Assembly: GCA_963719425.1 (NCBI GenBank)
Contig: OY970382.1
Coordinates: 135,888-199,887, forward strand
Direction of reading: 5' to 3'
Source: an uncultured bacterium
GTDB lineage: Bacteria; Patescibacteriota; Minisyncoccia; UBA6257; 2-01-FULL-56-20
DNA length: 64,000 nt
Shown here: one piece after another, positions 1-7,541 of the stretch
Layout of the letters: the number at the start of each line of letters is the position of its first letter
Position numbering within the stretch: position 1 is the first letter of the stretch
Notes under the pieces: model-generated
What the model saw: the letters and a program-made list of their open reading frames with translations, nothing else
The model's database searches: none
Told to the model about the DNA's origin: nothing
Program-made: the position numbers and the translations under genes

Positions 1-41
1 AACGGCCTCCTCGTGGACCTTTATACCTACTAAGCGTATTG

Positions 42-1091
42 TTATTTTCTTTCCGCAAGCGGGACCTTCGTCACGAGTTCCTTTCCTTCGCGGAGTATGA
101 CGAGCGTCACCTCGTCGCCCACGTTCAAATTTTCCAGAAGGTCTTGGATGGGATGGTCGCGGTCAAGCTTCGCGCCGTTCAGGGTGAGCACGATGTCTTT
201 TTCTTTAAGGCCTGCCTTTTCCGCCGGGCTTTCGGGGACCACGGCGCTGTCATGTTCGCTCTCGCGCACGACGAGTGCGCCGTAGTTCACAGGCAGGTTC
301 ATTTTCGCTTTCGTATCGTCGTCAATCATCATGTAGCGGACGCCCAAAAGCGGCCGGCGGATGCGGCCGTATTTTCTGATGTCGTCTAGGTCCCGCTTCG
401 CGGCGTTTACGGGGATCGCAAAGCCGATGCTTTGCGCGCCGGAGACGATTGCGGCGTTCACGGCGACGACGTTCCCATCCGCATCTACGAGCGGTCCGCC
501 GGAATTGCCCGGATTGATCGCGGCGTCCGTTTGGATAAGGCCGCGCATTTCCTGCGGCGGCGCGTCCGGCTCCGCCTGCGCGGTGATCGCGCGCGAGAGG
601 CCGGAGACGATGCCCACCGACACCGTGTTCTTGAAAACCCCGAGCGCGTTCCCGATCGCGATTAGGCTCTGGCCGAGCTGTAATTTCGTTGCATCGCCAA
701 GTTTCAGACAGGGGAGCCCCTCCGCTTTTATTTTCAAAATCGCTACGTCATTGATCGGATCGCGGCTCAGGATCTCTGCGGGGAATCGCCGCTCGTCGTT
801 CAGGATCACCGTGTATTCCGCTTTCGGGTCGCTTATTACATGCTTGTTCGTAAGGATAAGCCCGTCCGCGTCCACGATAAACCCCGAGCCGCCGCCCACC
901 TGCACCATCCCGCGCTTATCAATTATTTCCTGTGGGATTTGCAGTTTCTCGCCGCTGGGTCCGCCCGGAATGAAGGGATAGAGCTCTTTCGGCAGCTCTT
1001 TTTCCAGATCCTCCAAGTGCTTTGCAATGGCGATGGAAACCACCGCCGGCATCACTTTCTTCACCGTTGCGATCACATGCTTGTCGTCCAT
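42..1091 (-). CDS. HtrA/DegP-like trypsin serine protease with PDZ domain
   Basis: Motifs LTNKHV, DVAILK and QTDAAINPGNSGGPL, plus a C-terminal PDZ. Start moved to ATG 1091 because the ORF-track extension runs through a tRNA; TACAAT lies 6 nt upstream. Confidence 0.92.
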   Translation of the reverse strand: MDDKHVIATVKKVMPAVVSIAIAKHLEDLEKELPKELYPFIPGGPSGEKLQIPQEIIDKRGMVQVGGGSGFIVDADGLILTNKHVISDPKAEYTVILNDERRFPAEILSRDPINDVAILKIKAEGLPCLKLGDATKLQLGQSLIAIGNALGVFKNTVSVGIVSGLSRAITAQAEPDAPPQEMRGLIQTDAAINPGNSGGPLVDADGNVVAVNAAIVSGAQSIGFAIPVNAAKRDLDDIRKYGRIRRPLLGVRYMMIDDDTKAKMNLPVNYGALVVRESEHDSAVVPESPAEKAGLKEKDIVLTLNGAKLDRDHPIQDLLENLNVGDEVTLVILREGKELVTKVPLAERK

Positions 1092-1112
1092 ATCGTTATT
1101 GTACCACGCTTG

Positions 1113-1199
1113 CGGAAGCGGGAGGATTCGAACCTCCGATGCCCTTTCGGGCATACCGCATTTCGAGTGCGGCCCATTCGGCCTCTCTGGCACGCTTCC
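1113..1199 (-). tRNA. tRNA-Ser(CGA)
   Basis: GGAAGCG/CGCTTCC acceptor stem, CCGCA-CTCGAAA-TGCGG anticodon arm, long variable arm, GGTTCGAATCC T-loop. Confidence 0.95.
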
Positions 1200-1230
1200 A
1201 ATTGAAGTAATTCTAAGAGTAAATTATCAT

Positions 1231-1277
1231 AAAAACAAGAAGTGCCCCCGCGGTTACAGATTGGGCCGGGGAGCACT
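1231..1277 (-). terminator. Intrinsic terminator
   Basis: GTGCTCCCCGG...CCGCGGGGGCAC stem followed by TTCTTGTTTTT on the minus strand. Confidence 0.6.
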
Positions 1278-1705
1278 CTTCATTCGCCTCGCGCGCGAGG
1301 CGAGAGATAGGGGTTAGGAGGAAATTGAAAAAGTGGCGAGTCGAGCCGACGGTTAGGCCGAGCCGACAGCGAGTAGACGAATGCCCACATGCTGAGAGTG
1401 GTGCTGTGAGCCATCGACACCTACCGTGCGATAGGCGCCGTGTAATACCCCCCTACAAGTGTCGCAACTCCTGGCGCGCAGATGCCAGGGGACGTTCATT
1501 CCGTATCGCGGCAGTGTTATTCCGTGCCGCTCACAGTATTCGCGCAATCTGCCCGCGAGAATAACTGGTGCAGCTACGGCGGGATCTTGTCGCCGTGTCG
1601 GCCCCGTGTGTGAGGGGGGTAGTGATACGATGTTTATCAAAGAGTTTTCCTCCCGTGGCAGCGTGAGGGCGCTACCACGCACTGCTAGATTTGACTACCT
1701 TACCA
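1231..1705 (-). ncRNA. Candidate structured RNA or structured leader, possibly with a 44-aa ORF at 1414-1280
   Basis: TTGCTT-16-TATAAT promoter with extended TG (1739-1712), hairpin plus boxA-like CTCTTTGATAAAC, many stems, and a terminator. Confidence 0.4.
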
Positions 1706-1744
1706 TCTGTTATTATATCACAACTTGCTCCAAAAGCAACTTTG

Positions 1745-1816
1745 TGCCCTCGAGAGGAATTGGACCTCTATCGACGCGTTAGGAGTGCGTTGCTCTATCC
1801 GTTGAGCTACGAGGGC
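1745..1816 (-). tRNA. tRNA-Arg(CCT)
   Basis: GCCCTCG/CGAGGGC acceptor stem, TAGCTCAACGGATAGAGC D-arm, CTCCTAA anticodon loop, atypical T-loop TCCAATT. Confidence 0.85.
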
Positions 1817-1921
1817 GTGGCGATCGGCCAGTGGCCAGTCAGTAATCGGCCACGAGCGGCCTTTTGTGGTACAGTATAGTGAATTAGACCAAAGGTCGCA
1901 ATGGCCGGATTACTATAAAGT

Positions 1922-2188
1922 ATGTATCCTCAAGGTTACGGTTCCTGGGCACCGTTGAGCTTCGGCTGGTTTGCGGGCGCGGGCGGATTGATTCTTCTTC
2001 TCCTCATCATTTGGTCGCTCATCTGGAAGGGTCTCGCGCTCTGGAAGTCCGCGCGGGAGGGGAGCAAGGTGTGGTTCGTCGTGTTCCTTATCGTGAACAC
2101 GATCGGCATTCTGGAGATTCTCTACCTCTATATATTCAGCAAGAAACACCCGCCCGCGATGGACACGAAAGAACCGCAGGCGAAGTAG
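1922..2188 (+). CDS. DUF5652-like small membrane protein
   Basis: WSLIWKGLALWKSAR...WFVVFLIVNTIGILEILYL pattern, typical of CPR. Confidence 0.8.
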   Translation: MYPQGYGSWAPLSFGWFAGAGGLILLLLIIWSLIWKGLALWKSAREGSKVWFVVFLIVNTIGILEILYLYIFSKKHPPAMDTKEPQAK

Positions 2189-2193
2189 CGAAC

Positions 2194-2220
2194 GCGGCCC
2201 CAAGGAAACTCGGGGCCGTT
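2194..2220. terminator. Hairpin downstream of the DUF5652 gene
   Basis: GCGGCCCCAAG-GAAA-CTCGGGGCCGT. Confidence 0.45.
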
Positions 2221-2267
2221 CCGTCGCTTGATATATTGCCCCAGTTGATTTTAGAATCAGTGGCGGA

Positions 2268-2342
2268 GGGCCTATAGTAAAACGGCTATTACGGATGCAT
2301 GGCATGCATCAGGTCGGGGTTCGACTCCCCGTAGGTCCACCA
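2268..2342 (+). tRNA. tRNA-Ala(GGC)
   Basis: GGGCCTA/TAGGTCC acceptor stem with G3:U70, GATGC-ATGGCAT-GCATC anticodon arm, GGTTCGACTCC, encoded CCA. Confidence 0.93.
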
Positions 2343-2352
2343 AATGTTTTTA

Positions 2353-2610
2353 TCAGTCGCGCACTTCGTGCGTTTTAAAGACGAACGAACTTTCGCCCGG
2401 CGCCCTTCCGTAGCCGCACCGTTTGCAGGAAACGTAGCGTTGCGAACTATTGTTTTTTAGGGTATCCAACCATGCGAGGTGCTCATGTTTGTCATCGTCT
2501 GTGACGGCATACATTGTTTGGTCGCATCTTGGACACCTCATTTCTAACACCCTCGGAATGTTATGCGTCTTTGCGAAGTCTAGGGCTTTCTCAAGGGAAG
2601 TGGCGATCAT
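2353..2610 (-). CDS. Small zinc-ribbon-like hypothetical protein (85 aa)
   Basis: CPRC...CKRC pairs; sits between two tRNAs; the upstream ORF-track extension overlaps tRNA-Ser. Confidence 0.6.
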   Translation of the reverse strand: MIATSLEKALDFAKTHNIPRVLEMRCPRCDQTMYAVTDDDKHEHLAWLDTLKNNSSQRYVSCKRCGYGRAPGESSFVFKTHEVRD

Positions 2611-2713
2611 ATCATCAGTTACACAATTGATTATACAATGGCCGGCTATTTGAGCGGCGGACGGCCTTTGTGCTAAGCTTGGTACGTATTTGCGGGCGAT
2701 GCCGGGCCCGCAT

Positions 2714-2800
2714 GGTGGGGTGGCCGAGAGGTTTAAGGCAGCGCTCTTGAAAAGCGCCATATGGGAAACCGTATCGTGAGTTCGAATCTCACCCCCACCG
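2714..2800 (+). tRNA. tRNA-Ser(TGA)
   Basis: GGTGGGG/CCCCACC acceptor stem, GCGCT-CTTGAAA-AGCGC anticodon arm, long variable arm, GTTCGAATC. Confidence 0.95.
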
Positions 2801-2806
2801 CTTTTG

Positions 2807-3841
2807 TTATTCCTTCCGCTTGGCGGCCACAGTGAACTTGGTATAAATCTTGAGCAAGGAAAGAAGGAGCGCGATGGCAAGCGGTCCCACGAGGAATCCG
2901 ATCGGACCGAAAAGACCGATGCCTCCCAAGACGCCCAAGAGTATGAGATAGGGATGCAGGTGCACGCCGCGGTGCATGAGCTGGGGCGAAAGCACATTAT
3001 AGATGAGATTCACGAGGATAACGCTCCATATGGCGAGGCCGATGCCCAAGGCGGTTTGTCCGGTAAAGAAAAGATACGCGATGGCGGGTACGACGACGAG
3101 CCATGTTCCCACGATGGGAATGAGCGAAGCAGGCACGACAAGCGCTCCCCAGAAGGCCGGGTTAGGAATGCCGAAGAGGAAAAATCCGATCCCTGCAACG
3201 ATTCCTTGTATGACCGCGACGACAAGCGTCCCTTTCACGACCGAACTCCCCACGGCTTCCATCTCGCGGACGATGTCTTCGCTGTATTCCGGCGCGAGCG
3301 GTACGATCTCCGTCACCCATTTCTTGAGCCGCTCGCCGTCTTTAAGGAAGTAGAATAATCCGAGGAGGCTCAAGAACGCCGTGAGAAAGATTTGGGTGAC
3401 GCCCGAAAAGAACGAGCCGAGGTTCTGGATAAGCCAGGTGAGTCCCTGCCGGACATAATCGCCCGCGTTGAACGTGATGTCGGGTATGGGAAGGCCCTTG
3501 AAGTAAGTATGGAGAAAGTTGGTAAGCGCGGCACCAAGGTCAAAACCCCCATGCGCCGTGAGGGAGGCGTAGAGCGCGGTCGCTTCCCCGAAGATTTGTA
3601 CGCCGAAAAATCCGAGCGGCACAAATACGATAAGCGCAACAATAATAATCACGGCGAAAGCGCTCAGTGATTCGTAGCGAAAGACGCGCAAAAGTTTCTG
3701 ATAAAGGGGTTGGAAAAGATATGCAAGCGTACCCGCAAAGACAAGCATGCCCAGATACGGCGCAAGGATCGCCCAGGCGAGGACCAGGGCGATGGCGAGC
3801 AAGGCCACAAAAAACCAAGTTTCCGAGCGGCGGACATCCAT
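2807..3841 (-). CDS. AI-2E family transporter
   Basis: Polytopic protein with FYFLKDG, IPIVG and LGVLGGIGLFGPIGFLVGP motifs. Confidence 0.9.
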   Translation of the reverse strand: MDVRRSETWFFVALLAIALVLAWAILAPYLGMLVFAGTLAYLFQPLYQKLLRVFRYESLSAFAVIIIVALIVFVPLGFFGVQIFGEATALYASLTAHGGFDLGAALTNFLHTYFKGLPIPDITFNAGDYVRQGLTWLIQNLGSFFSGVTQIFLTAFLSLLGLFYFLKDGERLKKWVTEIVPLAPEYSEDIVREMEAVGSSVVKGTLVVAVIQGIVAGIGFFLFGIPNPAFWGALVVPASLIPIVGTWLVVVPAIAYLFFTGQTALGIGLAIWSVILVNLIYNVLSPQLMHRGVHLHPYLILLGVLGGIGLFGPIGFLVGPLAIALLLSLLKIYTKFTVAAKRKE

Positions 3842-3858
3842 GCTCTTAGTGTAGCAAA

Positions 3859-5346
3859 TTATTGTATATAGAAGATGTCGCTCGCGGGCGTGCCTGCGGG
3901 GATTTGATTTGTTTGGTCGGGCAAAAGATAGTGCACGTTTTTTGCCTGTTGCTGTGCCGGGAGGAATGTGTCCGTGATGAAGATCGTGGTTTCGGCAGGC
4001 ATGGGGAGACCGCGGGTCATGATGCCACCGGCTTTTACCACAACATACTTCGGCGTGCTTGCGGGGAGGGCGTTGATCTCGCGGCCGATCGGCACGTAGT
4101 CGGCGTTGAATGCGCCGGGGACGTTCGGATTCTGCGCCCAGATAATGAAGTAATCAACGTACGCGAATATCGCTACGGCAACGAGGAAAATGGCGGCGAC
4201 AGTAATGGCAAATTTCCGTCCCGAATATTTTCTTAAGGCCTTGTAGCACCACACTCCTCCGAGCGCGGCGAAGATGATCGCGGGCGGAAGCATGAGGATA
4301 GAGCGGAGCGCGTGGGGGATACCCTCGTCGGAGATTACGGCGGGGAGCGCGGCGAGGATCATCCATCCAAAAACGATCAGCAGGGAAAAAAGCGGCAGCG
4401 ATAGTGCGGCGTCATCCGGCGGCGCTCGGCGGCGCCACCTTTTCCAAAGTGCGTAAATGCCGAGGATAACACCGAGTACGAAGAGAAGTCCGACTGGCCA
4501 GAAAAGTTCCGGCGCGCCGCTCACGTTGTGCCGCCAGTTGTCGTCGCCATGGACGTTGAACATAAGAAGCGTCTTTACAGTGTTCACCGCAAAATCTTTG
4601 AGCGGGCTTGATGAGTTTGTGACCGATATTTCAGAAGTTCTTCCGAAGAAATCTGCGGGATGTTTCAGGAAATACCAGCCGATCGGCGCGGCGACGATGA
4701 AGGCCGCGATAATGAAAATAACGGCGCGTTTCCAGAAGCCCGGATGTTTTTTGAAGAAGGGGATGAAGAGCAGGAAGAGGAGCGGGGTGATGCGGTAGGC
4801 GATGTAGGTGTAGAAGCCGAGCGCGTAGACGACGCCGGCAAGGATGGCGTACCAAACAGCTGCGCGGTCGCGCACCGCACGGAACGCTTTAATCAAAAAA
4901 TAAAGCGCCCACGTGAGGAGGAGCGGCGCGAGGATTGCGCGGAAGCCGATGCGGGAAAAATTAATATGCCAGAAGCAGGTGGCTAAAAGAAAGGCGGCGA
5001 GAAACCCGGCACCGTCGCCAAAAAGTTCGGCGACAAGAAGATAAAGCCCGAGCACCGTGAGCACGCCCGCGACCGCGGCGGGGAGGCGCACCACCCACGG
5101 CTCGTGCGGCGCGTGGAAGTATTGCAAAAGAATCGCGATGAGATTCACGTACAGTCCTTCACGGCCGTTGTCTTCGGCATAGAAAACCTGATAGTGGCCG
5201 GTCGTCGCGGCCTCGGCAGCGTTGTTGCCGTCAATGGCTTCGTCCGGATAGAGCCCCGGCGGGGTCGTCGTGAAATGGTAGAAGCGGAGAAAGGCTGCTA
5301 TAATGAGAATGCCGACAAGAAGCCAGATCCTTTTGGATTTCGTCAC
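3859..5346 (-). CDS. ArnT/PMT-family (GT-C) membrane glycosyltransferase
   Basis: PPGLYPDEA, RLPAAVAG, WHINFSR and FYTY motifs; GTG start inferred at 5346. Confidence 0.85.
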   Translation of the reverse strand: MTKSKRIWLLVGILIIAAFLRFYHFTTTPPGLYPDEAIDGNNAAEAATTGHYQVFYAEDNGREGLYVNLIAILLQYFHAPHEPWVVRLPAAVAGVLTVLGLYLLVAELFGDGAGFLAAFLLATCFWHINFSRIGFRAILAPLLLTWALYFLIKAFRAVRDRAAVWYAILAGVVYALGFYTYIAYRITPLLFLLFIPFFKKHPGFWKRAVIFIIAAFIVAAPIGWYFLKHPADFFGRTSEISVTNSSSPLKDFAVNTVKTLLMFNVHGDDNWRHNVSGAPELFWPVGLLFVLGVILGIYALWKRWRRRAPPDDAALSLPLFSLLIVFGWMILAALPAVISDEGIPHALRSILMLPPAIIFAALGGVWCYKALRKYSGRKFAITVAAIFLVAVAIFAYVDYFIIWAQNPNVPGAFNADYVPIGREINALPASTPKYVVVKAGGIMTRGLPMPAETTIFITDTFLPAQQQAKNVHYLLPDQTNQIPAGTPASDIFYIQ

Positions 5347-5365
5347 AATCTCATTATAACAATTA

Positions 5366-5794
5366 ATGGCGGACCAACCTTCCACATTTGAGCACGCCTT
5401 GGAGGCGGACATGCAGAAGCTCGCGGAGGAGATTAGAAAGCAGCGCGAGCGCCCGGAGATGGCCGGCGTGGGAGAAAAAGAGCTTCTGAAAGAAGCTATC
5501 CGCGCGTTTCCCGATCTTGAGAAATCGCCGGAGGGAGTCCCGCGACCGCCCGCGCCACCTCCACCGCCCCCAGCGGCGGCATCGCCGCAGAGCCCGTTGC
5601 CGGCATACGCGCAGAATGCCCCCGCGGAAGTGAAGCTTGAAATTGAATATCTTTTGGACGTTGCATTTCGGCAGGGACTTAGCAAGGCGTTCGCTGAAGC
5701 GCAGAAATCTCCTTATTTTGTTTTGGATGCATTCCACGACGCACTCGCGGGAAGGTTGTACCCAGAGCTCCAGAAGCGCGGGATGATGAAGTAG
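5366..5794 (+). CDS. Hypothetical protein with Pro-rich linker
   Basis: Clean ORF ending PYFVLDAFHDALAGRLY, upstream of the TraM/HerA-like ATPase. Confidence 0.75.
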   Translation: MADQPSTFEHALEADMQKLAEEIRKQRERPEMAGVGEKELLKEAIRAFPDLEKSPEGVPRPPAPPPPPPAAASPQSPLPAYAQNAPAEVKLEIEYLLDVAFRQGLSKAFAEAQKSPYFVLDAFHDALAGRLYPELQKRGMMK

Positions 5795-5800
5795 CGCGCC

Positions 5801-7501
5801 ATGACGGCGGCCGAGGATAAAGAGTGTCAAAATTGCAAAGGGAAATTTTCAATTTTTCCCGACGATTTTGCTTTCTATGAAAAAATAAAAGTGCCGCCGC
5901 CGACGTGGTGTCCGGAGTGCCGGATGCAGAGAAGATTGGCGTGGCGGAATGATTTTACTTTTTACAATCGTACGTGTGATCTCTGCGGCAGGGACATAAT
6001 TTCGGTGTATGCCCCCAATAATCCTCAGACTATTTATTGCAATACGTGTTGGTGGGGCGACAAATGGGATGCAAAGCAGTATGGAATGGAATTTGACTTT
6101 ACCAAGCCGTTTTTTGAGCAATACCGAGTTTTGCGAGAGAAGGTTCCAGCGCTAGCATTGGTGAACGACAACGGAATCGGGAGCGTAAACAGCGAATATA
6201 TGCAGAATGTTGAGTTTAGCAAGAACTGCTACATGGCGATGGTGGCGTGGAAACTAGAAAATTGTCTGTATTCCAGTTATGGCGTGGAAGCAAAGGATGC
6301 TGTGGATTGTATGGGAATGTTGGGCAATAACGAGAGAACGTACGAATTGATGTACTCCGAAAAATGTTATGGGTGTCGTAATGTTTATAATTGCGCGTCA
6401 TTAATCGATTGCGCGTTCTGTTATGATTGCCACAACTGTGAGCATTGCTTTATGTCAGCCGGATTGCGGAATAAGAAATTCTGCTTTCGGAACCGGCAGT
6501 ATGCCGAGGACGAGTACAAAAAGATTGTTGACTCCTATGCGCTCCATTCCTGGTTTGGCAGCGAGCGTGCCAGGGAAGAGTTTGAAAAATTCATTCTCAA
6601 ATATCCACGGAAGTTCGCGTACCTCAAAAACTGTGTGAACTGTACGGGCGACAACCAATTCAATGCGAAAAATGCCCACTGGGTTTTTCACGCCCGTCGT
6701 ACCGAAAACAGCAAGTATCTTGAAAACGGCGATACCCAAATTGACAGCTACGATTTAAGCGTTGGGGGTGAGTTGGAGCAGTGTTACGAAGGGATCACCC
6801 CCGATCACTCACATCGTGCGTTCTTCACTATTTATACTTGGAAAAGCACCGATGCGATCTACTGCGAATTTTGTCAGTCTTCTCATAACCTTTTCGGCTG
6901 TGTTGGATTGAAGAGCGCTGAGTATTGCATTTTGAACAAAACATACTCGAAGGAGGAGTATTTCGATCTGCGTTCTAGAATAATTGAGCATATGAGAAAA
7001 ACAGGAGAGTGGGGTGAGTTTTTTCCAATGAATCTCTCTCCGTTCGGCTATAACGAAACAATGGCGCAGATGTCTTTTCCCTTGAGCAAAAAAGAGGCCA
7101 TACGAAGAGGATTGAGGTGGCAAGACAATATTCAGCAAACCACAGGAAAGGAGACCATGAGGTGGAACGATGTGCCTGATTCAATCCGCGATATCCAGGA
7201 TTCTATTTTGAACGAGATTCTGCTGTGTCAGAAATGTCATAGGAATTTCCGGGTTGTTCAATCGGAGTTGGAGTTTTATAGAAAAAACGATATTCCAATT
7301 CCGAGGATTTGTTTTTATTGCCGGTTAGCCGCGCGTTTTGCGTTGCGAACCCCGTCAAAACTTTGGAAGCGGCAATGTATGTGTGATAAAAACCACCCGC
7401 ATCATGCCGGGCAGTGCTTGAATAAATTTGAAACACCTTATGCTCCTAGCCGCCCCGAGGTCGTGTACTGCGAGCAGTGCTACCAGGCAGAGGTGGCATA
7501 G
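5801..7501 (+). CDS. CPR-type Cys-rich repeat protein, paralog 1
   Basis: N-terminal CQNC...PPPTWCPECR, central CxxC repeats, C-terminal YAPSRPEVVYCEQCYQAEV. Confidence 0.85.
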   Translation: MTAAEDKECQNCKGKFSIFPDDFAFYEKIKVPPPTWCPECRMQRRLAWRNDFTFYNRTCDLCGRDIISVYAPNNPQTIYCNTCWWGDKWDAKQYGMEFDFTKPFFEQYRVLREKVPALALVNDNGIGSVNSEYMQNVEFSKNCYMAMVAWKLENCLYSSYGVEAKDAVDCMGMLGNNERTYELMYSEKCYGCRNVYNCASLIDCAFCYDCHNCEHCFMSAGLRNKKFCFRNRQYAEDEYKKIVDSYALHSWFGSERAREEFEKFILKYPRKFAYLKNCVNCTGDNQFNAKNAHWVFHARRTENSKYLENGDTQIDSYDLSVGGELEQCYEGITPDHSHRAFFTIYTWKSTDAIYCEFCQSSHNLFGCVGLKSAEYCILNKTYSKEEYFDLRSRIIEHMRKTGEWGEFFPMNLSPFGYNETMAQMSFPLSKKEAIRRGLRWQDNIQQTTGKETMRWNDVPDSIRDIQDSILNEILLCQKCHRNFRVVQSELEFYRKNDIPIPRICFYCRLAARFALRTPSKLWKRQCMCDKNHPHHAGQCLNKFETPYAPSRPEVVYCEQCYQAEVA

Positions 7502-7541
7502 GGCGACGCATTAAAAAGCTTGATTTGCTAGAATTAAGGCA

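Noticed and set aside
1092-1193. N-terminal extensions in the ORF track (also 2611-2997, 5347-5685, 25860-26057)
   Set aside because: They run through tRNAs, opposite-strand genes or hairpins; the downstream starts have -10 support.
1280-1610. tmRNA (GGGGCCGA start on the minus strand)
   Set aside because: No TTCGAC after the 5' acceptor strand, and no matching T-arm/acceptor/CCA 3' end.
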